DNA of 64,000 bases from Lophium mytilinum. Lineage: Eukaryota. Made by a program: the position numbers and the translations under genes. Each line of letters starts with the position of its first letter. Position 1 is the stretch's first letter. Below, one piece after another: positions 47,777-60,415 of the stretch. The notes below the pieces were generated by a model, which saw only the letters and a program-made list of their open reading frames with translations, was not told the origin of the DNA and did no database searches. The DNA lies in contig MU004192.1 in assembly GCA_010093605.1 (NCBI GenBank), positions 2,563 through 66,562 on the forward strand, written 5' to 3'.

Positions 47777-48978
47777 GCAGCGTCTCGAAGGAGGGCTCTG
47801 TCAGCTGGAGATTTTGCATTGTCCTAGGGAATTGGCTTGTCAGAGTCTGATGTGTTCTCATGTTCTCGCCAAATACCGAGGTCAACGGGCAATTCACATC
47901 CCTAAGTTGGGTGAAGTCGTCCAAGGGTCTGAGAAACTCGAGATATGTCGGGTAACCAAGTGGCCTGACATCGAGCGCTAGGGTTATCAGGGTGTCTTGG
48001 TGCTGTTTTAGCGCCGAGCTTACAGCACTCAACTCCATAATTTGGACGCCAGATGATTCGTACTGGAAGGTATGGAGCGACTTGCAGGCTCTGACAATGG
48101 ATGCAATTGATTCCCCAGTCAGGTACATGCCCTGAAGTCTGATATCTTGTACAGTAGAGAAACCAGCCAAGCCTCGCAATATGGCAGTCTCTTCTGCAAT
48201 GTTAGTGTACTCGGTGAACTTCCGCTTCAAATGCAGACTCCTGAGAGCAGGTAACTCGAACAAAGGGAAGGCCTTCGTTAGGGACATGCGATCTAGACGA
48301 ACGGTGAGTGCCTGCAGAGACGAGAAGCTGTGTGTAGCCTTGCTTCCAAGAGCTGCTTGACTGATACAGGACAAAAATAATTGGCTGATACCTGCAGGGT
48401 CGCTGAAACTGATATCGCTTGTGTGAGATCCCTCGAGAATTTCCAGTTAAGGAGCCCGTGCAACTACAAGCGCTAGCTCGGCTGGAATGGTCGCCTTTTC
48501 TAAGCTGCTCAAGCCATAGACTCGAGTGTTCTAGGTACATAGGTTTCAAAGCGCTCGCATGTTCTTCCTCGGAAAGTTCATTATGGTACGACTTGATCAC
48601 TAGAGGGGTAGGATCGCTCCACAAAGCTGGCTTTCGATCCCTTCCGTCCTTTGACCAGTCCCTGGCCAAGAACTGCTCGACTTTGATCATCTTTAGATGA
48701 GCGCCAAGCTGTGGGGTTTTCACCATCGCATAGAGGAACGGCTTGCGCGACAATCCAGGAAATATATGATATGATTTGTACGCATGTGGCACTGCTATGT
48801 CATGGAAGAGTTTCGAGGTAAGAAGGAGGCCATAGAAGCGGCACGCAGGCTGCCCGTAAGGGAAGATTGAGTTGTGAAGGCCGAATTGCTCAGCCAGGAG
48901 CTCGATAATCCGGTCAAGCAACTCGTTGGGCAGGTCGTTGATTGTAATGGATGGTGCCTCGAGATGGGGCTCGAGCAT
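47777..48978 (-). pseudogene. F-box/LRR-like gene with frameshift, nonsense codon and lost 3' end
   Basis: INDLPNELLDRII F-box. Frameshift ~48490, TAA 48447-48449 in the restored frame (AELALVVARAP*LEIL), LRR-like repeats (LPALRSLHL, CKSLHTF, FTQLRDV). Confidence 0.7.
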
Positions 48979-49369
48979 TCCGTGAGAATTTCGAGCAACG
49001 CCTTATAGATAGTCAGTAACAGAGCGAAGAGAACAAGTACTACCATAGCTTACTCAAATGGCCATTCTGCGATGTTTCGAGCCGTCTCTTTTGATAGCTC
49101 TCACTGCGCTGCGCTTCCTCCGACATCGTACCCTCCTCAAGCGGGCGTTTCGGCGAGCGTGGAGCAGACGCCATGGTGGAGGGAGTCGTGTGGATCAGGT
49201 CAGGTCGGAGGTCGTGGTTGACGCGACTTGGATCTGGCCAATGCTTTGCCGGGATGTCTCCGGCACGATATCACGTGCCCGAATGCTTCAAGGACCACAG
49301 AGATAGTAATCAGAACTTCCCTGCTGTAAGAAATGTCATTGAATCACAAAGCAATCTGGAAGAAAATTC

Positions 49370-50338
49370 TCAGACTCTATAACTCTCCCTCGCCCAAGTC
49401 TCAACACCCGTAACCTCCATCCCCAACTTCCTGTTAACCGTCCCCTCCTCCCCCCAACTAACCCCCTTGCCCTCGGCAAACACAACCCGGTACTTCCCCA
49501 TCACACTCTCTGGCTCCATTGCTAGTTCCCCCTTCAAAAACCCTACACTCCACACCTCCCTCTTCACCCCCGTCCCCAGCACCCTCTTCACCACCTCGGC
49601 AAGCTCCCCATAGCTAATCGTCTGCCCAGCCACATACAGCACCCCCCTCCCCACCTCCACCTCAGCCCCCAAAACCAACCGCGCAGCAACCCTTCCAATA
49701 TCCCCCACCGTCGTCACCGTAACCCTATTCTCCCAGCTCCCCAGCGCTCTGACAACAACCTCCTTCCCCCCCTTTCCCCCTTCTCTATCTCCACTTTCAA
49801 CAGCTTCCACAACCCCAAACGCCCCCTCAAACAAAAAACTCATAAAAATCCCCGTACTCACCACCGTCCACTCGACTCCTGCTTCGCTTGCTTCAGCCCG
49901 CAACAACCCCCTCACAGCCGCCTGCTCCCCAAACAGCGGCATCAAGCCCCCCGCGTCCCCGGTCACATCGTAATCCACGCCCCACTGCCACGGGAAGAAC
50001 CGTAACTCTACCTCGCCCCTCTCCTTTCGTAAGCGGCCGGCGGCGAGCGCGGCGCGGGCGAGGAGCAGCTGCGAGCCGGGTGGGAGGCCGAAGCCGTTTG
50101 CGCAGATGACGACGGGGAAGTTGGAGAAGTGGGTGGCGAGAGTGGAGGGGTCGGTGGCGAGGAGGTCGAGAGGGAGGAAGCGGATCCCGTGGGGGGTGAG
50201 GGCGGTGTATTTGGATGGGTCGCGGACCGCGAGGGTGAGATGTGAAGGGGTGGAGAGGGAGGGGAGGAGGGCGTGGAGGATGGCGGTTCCGAGTTCGCCG
50301 GCGCCGAGAAGGAGGATGGAGGGGGTGGTGGACGACAT
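49370..50338 (-). CDS. NmrA/isoflavone-reductase-like protein
   Basis: ILLLGAGELG, RFFPWQWGVDYD, WTVVSTGIFMSFL. Confidence 0.9.
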   Translation of the reverse strand: MSSTTPSILLLGAGELGTAILHALLPSLSTPSHLTLAVRDPSKYTALTPHGIRFLPLDLLATDPSTLATHFSNFPVVICANGFGLPPGSQLLLARAALAAGRLRKERGEVELRFFPWQWGVDYDVTGDAGGLMPLFGEQAAVRGLLRAEASEAGVEWTVVSTGIFMSFLFEGAFGVVEAVESGDREGGKGGKEVVVRALGSWENRVTVTTVGDIGRVAARLVLGAEVEVGRGVLYVAGQTISYGELAEVVKRVLGTGVKREVWSVGFLKGELAMEPESVMGKYRVVFAEGKGVSWGEEGTVNRKLGMEVTGVETWARESYRV

Positions 50339-51007
50339 GGTTGTGTGGAGGGCTTTGGAGAGGAGAGAAGCGGTTACAAGGGTTTGCAAGATAAGTGAGA
50401 GAGGAGATCGTGGTGTAGGGGTGATTTGCAGGAATCAGAGCGGGACTGACGGCGGTTCTTATAGCTTGAATCGTAGCGTTGCTCTGGACGATCTTATATC
50501 ATACCATTGTAGAGCGGTGGGGATAGTAGTTTTAGCGGCTCGGATTTAAGCGTTCTTAACGTCGTTAGTCGTTTACGGGCGTCGATATATTATTCAGCAT
50601 GACTGTTGCGAGTGAGGTTGATGGCCAAAGGTCTGTCTCTGTGGCGGATAAGCCACGAGCTCAATTGGTTTAATAGTTTGAATGCTACCTACAAATGCCC
50701 TTCTGCAGATGCCTTCCTTCCTCAAGTCCTTATCCTACATAAACGCCTTGAAACTCCTTTTGATGGTATATAGCAACTTGGAGAGAACCGTCGCTTAATA
50801 GGAGTGGCAGAACCATTGATACAAGGCATTCAGAGTGGGAAGGCTACCGTCGGATCCTGAGTTTCGGAGGAGCTTGTCGACTGAAAGTTGAAAATACGAT
50901 CAAGATGATCTGTTATTACGAGAGCCGGAGTGAAGACCTTAGACTGGAATGTCCGAAGATATTTTGTTGTCTGTCATCGGCGATCCCTTCAATGTTTATT
51001 GCGGCTC

Positions 51008-51925
51008 TCACTGTCCTCCATGTGGCGGTCCACCCATTCCAGGTGGCGGGAATCCTCCCGGGGGCGGTCCACCTTGGAACATCATGTGTGGAGGAGGCAT
51101 TCCCGGCATGGGCCCTCCCGGCATTCCACCTGGTGGTGGGAACGGCATGCCGCCTGGAGGCGAACCGGCGTTTGGAGGAGGAGGGAAGGGAGGGAAACCC
51201 ATCGGCGGACCCCCTCCCATGTGCGGCGGTGGGAAGGGCATGTTCGGTGGCATACCAGGCATACCACGATTCGGTCCAGCTAGCATTAAAAAATGTTGTT
51301 AGCCTGGGCACGTCAAATGACGGGGTGAACAAAAATACAGTAGAACTCACGTCCACCTTGACCCGGGCCACCCATAAAGGGCGGCGGGGGCAACCCTGGC
51401 ATGCCTGCGACAGAGAGTTAGCAACTTCCTCTAGTAACCAAATATTTTCGGGGTAGATTTTACCCCCAGGGAAACCAAACGGCGGTGGGGGACCCCCAAA
51501 TCCACCAGGTCCAGGTCCTCCCATGTGTTGTGATTGCAGCATCGGATTCTGGTTCTGCTGGCCCGCGTCCGCGTACGATGAGGTGATGGAGTCGATAACA
51601 CTCTGCGCTTTCTCGTGGCCAATTTCTGTTTTGTCCATGAGCTTTCGTCCACGCTAATATCCAGTCTCAGGTAGACGTACGCTGGTAGTAGTCGACTACA
51701 TTTCGCAAGTGGTTTCGTCCACTGTTATGCGCTTTTCGAACGCTCATCGAGTCGTGCGTGAGGTAAACATCGCAGTAATCGCCTTGGGTACTACTGTCAG
51801 CCTGGTATTCTTGCAGTGCGCGTTCGAGATGAAGTCGTAATTTTCGGGAGAGACCTACAGAAGAGTGCGGAGGATGTCAGTTACGTTGCGCATAGCTTTG
51901 GAGGGTTACACTTATATTTCGGCAT
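51008..51925 (-). CDS. YHC1: U1 snRNP protein C; exons 51916-51925, 51859-51864, 51681-51782, 51464-51625, 51351-51404, 51008-51279
   Basis: Matrin-type finger [25 protein letters not shown], then [18 protein letters not shown] and a Pro/Gly/Met-rich tail. The first intron is non-canonical in this model. Confidence 0.93.
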
Positions 51926-52530
51926 CTTAGAGAGATTGTCAAGAGGGTAGTATCTACGTGAGGGTCGAAGCTGATCGTGGAGAAGTTGCGGGTGATAGTA
52001 CGTGATGCGATCGCGGCGCGGCCGCCGAAGTTGTCAATTCACGACTGCTTAGTCATCAAATATTACAGCGTATTGAATTTGGCTGAGTGGGATATATTCA
52101 TTGCTTTCACTTTAGTTCGCCACACTCCTAAATAGCATGATTACATTCCTCTAAATCCAACTTCTGAGTCTAAAGGCTTGCAAAATTCATCTCATCACTC
52201 AAAGTCTCAAAACTTGAAGGAATCATTACATCCCGAGTCTATTAGACAATCGGAAATCTCTAATTAAATAAACTATACAGGATGTGTTACAAAACAAGGA
52301 AACGCTTGAGTGGATGCCGCTTTTCGACAGGAAGAGAAGGAAATTAGGGTCCCAGCAGGGGTCTAAGCAAACAGATCCTGCGCCAGGCTGCCTTATCCAT
52401 AGAAGACAAAGGAAAGACGGCCTATGCAGTCAAAAAATCCATCTATCCCAGCATAATAACATACCAACCGCTCGCTCCCAAATCCTATACACAATTAAAA
52501 AGGCCGTATCGACCATCACTGCGTTCCATT

Positions 52531-55500
52531 CTACTGATCCGCTTTGTGCGACGGAGCCCTCTGCGACTCCCTCGTCTTCTGCCTGCTGAAGCTCTGGGTG
52601 CGTTGCCTTATCATGCTACCTCTTGATTTGACAGGCTCTAGGGTTGGGTCGGGCGCAGCTTCTGTCTCTTCCTTCTTCACTCTTGGCACACGGAGAAGCC
52701 AGTAGAAAGCTAAAGCCGCAAAGATATTGAAGATGATGTACGCCCACATGATGCCAAAGTTGCGCCAGGCTTGATCCCAGTAGCTGACCACGCTCGCCAG
52801 GAAGACGTTGGTGTCTGCAATCTGGCAGTAGCTGCAGTCGGAGGTGGCGTTGGGATTTTGGAGCTTGCCACCATTGAGGCCAATGTAGGTTTCCATGAAT
52901 GACCAACATTGTCCAGAGGTAGGTTGGAACTTGAGGAATTCATTCGAAGCGCATACGACCTCTGTATTGGCGACGGCAGTGGAGAGCATGCCTGATATGA
53001 GGTAGGTGAATGGGGACACGCGATACATGAAAATCCAGAAGCCAGGGAGGCGTGACGGGCTTGCGAGGACACTGTGGATTGTTAGCTACAAGTGCAGAGA
53101 GAAGGGGAGAAGGGAACCATACCCGCAGAAGATGAGGGTGAACGAAAAGACCATGTTGGCAATATTTCCTCCTGCTTCTGCAGTCTCGACACCGGCGATA
53201 CACATGTGTGTAAACGTGCTGGTAAAGAGGAGGAAAGTAAGGATGAACAGGAACATGAGGGCTCCGCGCTCGTGGACCGCGTCCGTAGGCTCGGCGTTCC
53301 GATAGAGACCGATGGGATAGTACCAGCAGAAGAAAATAATGAGGGCCATAAGAGAGTTCCACGGCAGCTCGACGATGATGTTGGACAACATGAACGCCTT
53401 CCAAGAGTAGGCCTTGGACGGCCTCTCCCGAACTTCGTAGAGCGCACGTTGTGTGACGAAGTGTGGCATGATCTGTTGTACCAAGTTGCCGAAAATTGTC
53501 ATCAACATGAAGATGGAGAACATTTGGTTCTGGAGACCTTGAATACTGTTGCGAGCCTTGAAGAACGAAAAGCCAATGAACAAGGAAGAGAAAAGGCACA
53601 GAGCACCTTTCGCGTAGATGTAGGAAGGCGTGCGCCAGTACTGCTGGAAGACACGGATCGTGACCTCCTTCATCTGTTGGTCGAATGGTGCGGCAAACTC
53701 GCGGTAAGCGGCCTTGTCCTCCTTCCTCTTCCTGGAAGCAGCAGAAGCGGTGCGCTGGAGAGCCGTCGCAGCAGGTCGTTCTTCTTTGAGTGTAGCTAAT
53801 TCCTCATGGACCTCTTCGATTTCCGGGCTGTTGCGCCAAACATCGGGCCAATCAATCTCGGTCTGGGACCCTGGGGCAGCGCCAATGACTTCGAGCATCC
53901 ACTCGGCGGGGTTGGCTTCGGGGGGACAGGGGTGGGCACCGTTCCTCTCGAAATAGTTGCTCAGAGTCTTAGAGTTTTCGCCGATTTCGCCAAAGTAGAC
54001 AGTCTTTCCGCCTTTGGCAAGGAATAGGAGTCGGTCGAATCGCTGGAACAACATAGCAGATGGCTGATGGATGGTGCAAAGAATAGCTTGTCCGTTCTTG
54101 GTCAGCTTGTCTAGAAGATCCAGAATAGCCCAGGAAGTCTGACTGTCCAAGCCGGATGTTGGCTCGTCGAGGAAAAGAAGGAGGGCGGGCTTGGCAGCCA
54201 ATTCGACACCAATCGTCAATCGCTTGCGCTGTTCGACGTTGAGACCTTCACCAGGAACACCGACAACCGCATCAGCATAGTCTTGCATTTCCAAAAGCTT
54301 GATGACCTCCTCTACGTAGTCCAATTTTTCTTGGCGGGGAACATGAGCAGGCTGGCGAAGCAGAGCGCTGAAGTTAAGAGCCTCCCGAACCGTGGACGTG
54401 GAAAGATGCAGATCCTGTTGCTGGACATAGCCGGTCTTACGTTGGAACGAGGCGTCGCGTGGGAGGCCGTCCACCAGCATTTCACCACTGATGACACCCA
54501 TAGTAGTACGGGTAGCAAGACAATCCAAGAGAGTGGTTTTACCGGCGCCGGACACACCCATCAAAGCGGTAAGAGTACCTGGCTTCACCCAACCGTCGAC
54601 ATGGTCCAGAATCCTACGAGGCTGACCCTTGATCTTGATATCGTAGCATACGTTCTTCCACTGGAAGATGGCGGTTTGGCGTTCGATGATGGCGGTGTGA
54701 TCCTCGGTGTTGCTCGCAACGACAGCACGACTAGGATCAGCGGACTCGGCATCGCCGCCCTTTTGGTCAAGGAACTTATGGCCGCGGCGGAAGACGAGGA
54801 CTTCGCCCTTGGATTTCTTTGCTGTGATGTATTCGGTTGCGGCAAGATAAGTGATCATGAGACCAATCATGAAAACGAATAGAATGCCGAGATTCCTCCA
54901 CTTGTGGGCGTGGTAGTATCCAAAGGCGCTGTTGATGTAATCGTCTCCATTCACAGTGGCTGAACCAGGAGTCGATCCCACCTGGGAGCAGATTTGATTG
55001 GCGAGAGTAATCTTTTCATATCCCTTGCCCATAGGCACAAAAGCGGAACACTTGTAGTTCTGACCATGAAACTCGTTGATCATAAGAGACTCAAATCCGT
55101 AAGCAACAGGGTCCAGATAATTGATCCACCGTGACCAGCCAAGCATGTATCTTGTTGGAATAGTGAAGCCAGTGTAGATGACCAGGGCCAAGATTAAGAC
55201 GGCTGCAGGAGCCATGGCTTGAGATAGAGTCCTTGAAACAGAGGCGATCGTCCGGAACAGCATAGACATGACCAAGGTGAGTACGAACGAGATGAGGATG
55301 AAGAAGAAGAAGGGTCCTGGTTCTCTGCGAAGGTTTGTCATGAAGTAGATAGCCAAGTTGAAAGTACAGGCGTTCAGAATCTTGTATGGCATGTCCGTAA
55401 GCATAGAAGCGAAAGCCTCGCAAGACGGGTGGTAGAGGGCATATCGGGAATGTTTCTCGACAATAGGACGCTGTGCATAGAGGGTGAGAATCTCCAGAGC

Positions 55501-57330
55501 ACTACCAAACGCGTTCATTAGGATGGCAAAGAAGAGGAGGGCGCCCCGTGAGTAGAAGCTATTAGTATCGTGTGGCAGGTTGTAAAACACACTCCCGATG
55601 ATCAAGGCGAAGATGAAGTTGCCGAACAACATGGTCAAGGTCAAACTTGGATCGCCCTTGAGTCTCTGAAGGCCTCGCCACAGGCAGAGACGGACCTGTT
55701 GTCCATATGATAGGGTATATGGAGATGTGACACGCTGTCTCTTGGCCTGTGTAGCTTGGCGCGACCTCTTGAATTGCTCGAAGCTCTCGCCTCCAATTGG
55801 GTATTGCTCGTCGTAGCGATCGATGGCCTGGAGGAGCTCCTGTCGGTGCTGGCTATCCTTCCATCGCTGCGCGTACTCGTCGGGAGTCCTCGGAACACGA
55901 GCCTCCCAGCCAGGCTGAACAACACGCTCTAGCGGGCTGGTCATGGAGGTCAGGAAATCAGCAGTGGTTTGTCGATCCGGGCAGATGAATCCCATGTCAG
56001 TGAAGTACTTTTTCGCTTCTCCAGTGCGGCCGAAGAAGATCTGGCGTCCCTCGTAAAGCACAAGCACTTTGTCGAAATGATCGTAGGCCAACTGAGGAGC
56101 CTGGTAAATGGCAACGCAAGCCGTGGCGCCTTGGATGTCCGTCGACATGCGCAGGGTCTTACAGAACTCGATGGCGTTGGCACTGTCCAGACCGCGGGTA
56201 CTGTTGTCCCAGCATTGCAATGGGGCACCGCTAAGGGAGGCCTCAGCGATACTGACACGCTTGCGCTCTCCACCACTGACACCGCGGATGTAATCGTTTC
56301 CTACGCGTGTGTTTATGGTGTGGGAGATGCCAAAGATGGCCATGATGACATCTCGCATGTGTTCGGCAAAGGTGTATTTGTCGACTCCGCCGGGAATGTG
56401 GCGGGGGGCTCTAGCCCGCGCGGCGAAGGTGAGGGTGTCCCCAACGGTAAGCATAGGGAAATGGACATCGACTTCTGCGGTGTAGATGGCCTCTCCACGG
56501 AAGTCGTGGTTCATGTGTTTGGCGCTGATACCTGCAGAAGGAGACACAGGTTAGCTTGCGGTATTGCTGAGAGCACTGGAAAACTCACCTTGATAGTTAA
56601 GGTAGGAGCTCGGTTCCACGACGAAGCCATGAGTCTCGCCAGCAACCGTCTTGAGGAAAGTAGAACATCCAGATCCAGGCGGGCCCAAAACGACAAGCAT
56701 CTCCCCGCTCTCGACCAAGCCATCCAGATTTTGGAGAATGTCGATCTTCCGCTGCTTAGACTTTCCGAGGAGGCTGTTGACGAGGCCAACTCCTTCTAGC
56801 AGCACATTGCCCACGCTCTTTTGGTAGTCGGTGGCAGAGCCGAATCCATGGACGTTGAGGTTCTTGAAAGACACGCCGGCAGTTCTCATGGGGGCTGCCT
56901 TCTCGTCGGATTTGTGGAGATTGAGCATGGCCGTTGCCCAGGCTCTCGCGCTGAAGTGTTCGCCGGCGGGATCAAGGGGTCCATTGGGCTCTGGTTCGAA
57001 GGGGCTCTGTCCAGCGGCGGTCGTGGAGAAGTTTGAGGCCTGGGTCAGTCGGCGGGCCAATTGGTGGACGTGGGCCTCCCGCCGCTCATCCTCAGAGTCG
57101 TCCCCGGCACTGCTGGACGCCCTCTTCTCTCCCTTCTCGTCAATTTGGCCTACGCCGTCGCGGGACACTGGCTCTGGCTTCTCGGGCGATAGAGTGGAGG
57201 AGTCGGAGTTGACGTCGGGGCCAGACTCGGAGCGCTCTCTAGTTGCGGAATGGGTGACCTCGTTGGTTGCAGCGTGGTGCTGCTCCTCCTTGTCATTGCT
57301 GCCAAAGGCAAAGTTGCCGACGAGCGACAT
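52531..57330 (-). CDS. Full-size ABCG/PDR-type multidrug ABC transporter; introns 56532-56588 and 53072-53122
   Basis: NBD1 GPPGSGCST and [24 protein letters not shown]2 GVSGAGKTT and [15 protein letters not shown]; two TM domains. Confidence 0.97.
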
Positions 57331-59679
57331 GATGGGAAAAAGTGGATGGCGTTGCGGCCAGAGAGGGACGAGAATGGAAACAACACTCCACCAACAAACA
57401 GGGCTGACCAGAAATAAAAGGGTTCGGGGAGAGTAGGGTGGGAAAAGTACATATAGTTTCCGTACCTACGTAGGGAGCGCTAGCCAAGGCAATTGCTTGG
57501 ATTGCAAGGCATAGAAGCACACCGAAGGCGACCAGGATGTTGTGAATGTTCCGGATGCTGTGCTGGGAGTGCTCCGGCAACGCTGAGTTGGGACTGGTTT
57601 GCGAATCACGTTGGTTCACGCTGGCCCTGTATCGGTCCTGCGCTGGTCCTTCGCTGCTGACATGGGCCTGCCACAGCTGCCATGGGGGGAAGTCGCTGGT
57701 GGGCTGCTCGGGTAGCGGGCGTCGCTGCCTTCCGGCACGCCGCGCTAGGCTGCAAGAGGGCACTGCCAAGGCACGTCTCACGAGAGCAGTTAGCGCGAGG
57801 GGGCGTTTTACAGCGGCCGCTTGCTTGTCGCGTGCAGGTCTGCCGCCGTTCGGGAAGCCATCGCATCCGCTGCTGTGGGGCCTTGAAAAAAGGGTCCATA
57901 TATCGCCCTCCCCCACCGCGGACCGGCATCTTCTGCACAAAGGGCTGCGATAACCACGGACGAACACCGCACTGAATGCTGGCCGAATTGCTGCCAACTC
58001 TGGCCAAGCTGCAGGCCGAAAAGGAGGCCTCGCGGCTCACAGCCTCAACTCTCCACTGCACCCCCGCGGACAAACACCTGTATTCACCATTGGAGCCCTG
58101 CGCAACGCCGCTCGCCATGCCGCCCTACTCCTCCGGTTGTATACGCCGAGACAGGTCGTGTCTTGGCCGCAATGCTCGTGTCAACCTCCCTTCAGCACTT
58201 GCAAGGTAGCCTCGTTTGTCCCGGACGGGCACGAGTTTTCCGACCGCCCCCTCCAAGGACACGAAGACGGGACCATGCAGCCTATCACGCTTCTCAGCCA
58301 CTGACGACGCCTTCGCCATCGGGACATCTCATTTGCCATCGTGACAACTGCCATTTCCAGCTTCTCGAAGCGGCATGGTTGGTCACCACACCCTATTGAT
58401 GTAACCCTCAGCTGTCGTCCGTATTTCTCTGCGGAACACTGTGCCCGCACGCCCGTAACAACTGAAGCAGTCAGGCGGACCCGCTTAAACACCACACCCC
58501 GCTTCCACCTGAAATCCTCCTCCAACTAACGCCGCCATCGGGGACTCGGGTTCTCGGGTCATCTCAACATCAACATCATGTCTCCAATGCTCGGCATCTC
58601 GCCAAGGATCAATGAGCAGCAGGTGAGCAGCGGGTCAGGCCGCCCAGATGCGCCCGTGGATCGTCGAGCCGGTAAGCCCGTCAGCACTTACTGCAGTTCT
58701 TCAACACCCCACCTCTCATGAAGATGCGGCAGCCGACCCGGCCTAGGCAGTGAGCTGAGGGGCAACCACAGACCGCAGGTTCGCTGGGCGCCTGAAAAGC
58801 TGTAGGGCTGCAAGCCGCCACCGGCATGTTGGCGATCCGGCTCCTCGCGATGAAACCTCGATGCCAAGACATAACCGACGCTTTTCTTCAAGAGTACCAA
58901 GTAGAGGAAGGATCAGGTACCTATGCATTGAAATAGTCAGCTCACTCCACTCGTTTTTCCACCCACGAGGCGAGACAGATGTAAGTCCATTGAGGCACGA
59001 ATGTGAGTCTGAGGATCAATGTCAAAGTCAATAAACCGTATTTAGTAGACCATTCTCCACAATAATAAATGCGCTCACCGTCCCAATAAACACCACTATT
59101 CTTGATCGTGATATCCCGTTCGCTTTAGAAATAGACTCAACCTCAGGCCCGATGCAACTGCTGATCAAGATTACAGGTTTCCGATTACGTTTGAGGTGGC
59201 CCTTTGCATTGGCCTCGCCACGTACATACGTCGAAATCACGCCTCTTCTGCCAGTTGAGAATACTAACCTCCAAGTCTCGAGACATGGCTCGTCCGGTTC
59301 GCGCTCCGGCTTTTGCCCCCTTATCCCCGCTCCTCCCAGTCACAATCGCCGCTGTGAATTGGAAGCGTCGGCCCTGTGAGAATGATACCTGTGTTAATGA
59401 TACTCGCCACATATCTCCATCCCTGTCTCAGGACCGCCACAGCCCAAGTTGTCCAAAACCCGACCGCCCGACCCCCGCGTTCGGCTTCTGGAAACCTGGT
59501 CGCAGCTTTTGTTTCTTGCTTTAACATCATGCGAGCTGCCACACTTTCTAAAGTGTTTGTTCTGAGGTGCACTGCAGCTTGGTTGCACGGAATTGGTTCT
59601 TTACAGGTTCAACATTTGCACTGCATACTCCTACAACAACCTGACTACATCGTACCCTAGTAGCTACTACGATAGATAT

Positions 59680-59703
59680 CGAAACCCGGAAATCCGGGTT
59701 TCG
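59680..59703. promoter_or_regulatory. Perfect inverted repeat CGAAACCCGGA-AA-TCCGGGTTTCG
   Basis: 11-bp arms seen directly. A regulatory role is inferred. Confidence 0.35.
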
Positions 59704-60415
59704 GGCATCTTCTTGATTGCAACAGTAGTGCGGATTGCCTAACAGAAACCCACACGCCTTTGTGATGGAGCAGTAGCCGTCTTGGTAATGCAGTGGTAGT
59801 GTTTCGTATCCCAAGTCTTGAAATGGCCTGCTCGTTACATCTTACTCATAACGAGACATGGAACCATCCAACCCACCCATGCAGATCTACGATTTCTCCA
59901 AACCTAGCACCAGCATCCGCTCCTCGCCCGCTCCATCATCAACCCAACCCACATCACATGTCACGCCCAGTACACAAAGATCGTCAGACCAACTCATCTC
60001 ATTACTTCTTCGCCGTCCGAGTATTAGACATCCTACGCCTACAGCCGGCCATCCTATACAACACGCCAGCACCAACGCTCCTAGTCGCTCACCTACAAAG
60101 AAACCAAGCCCCTCGAAATCAGGCAATCCGCGTGCCCACATGTATCCCATTCGTAACGTGACATTAAACAGTGCATGCGTTAGAAAGCGCGCTCCGCTCA
60201 TCCAAGCCCTACCCCATACCATACCGCCTCTAACTCCTCACAATGCCTGTAGCCGTTACGCGCGCGACGAGAAGCGCGCACAAGCGAGTAAGCAATCGAA
60301 TCACCCTAACGAACCGTAATCGTGAGAAACGAGAAAGGAGCCTCAGGCCAAACGAGACTGTAGGCCGCTACCGCCCATGCAAATATAAAACCGGGAAAGT
60401 GCTTGCTTGCCCCCT

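Noticed and set aside
51865..51915. U12 (minor spliceosome) intron
   Set aside because: Lacks the ATATCCT donor and TCCTTAAC branch site. The signals are U2-type.
57293..60319. Multiple overlapping 60-234 aa ORFs
   Set aside because: GC-rich intergenic chance ORFs without motifs or consistent splice structure.
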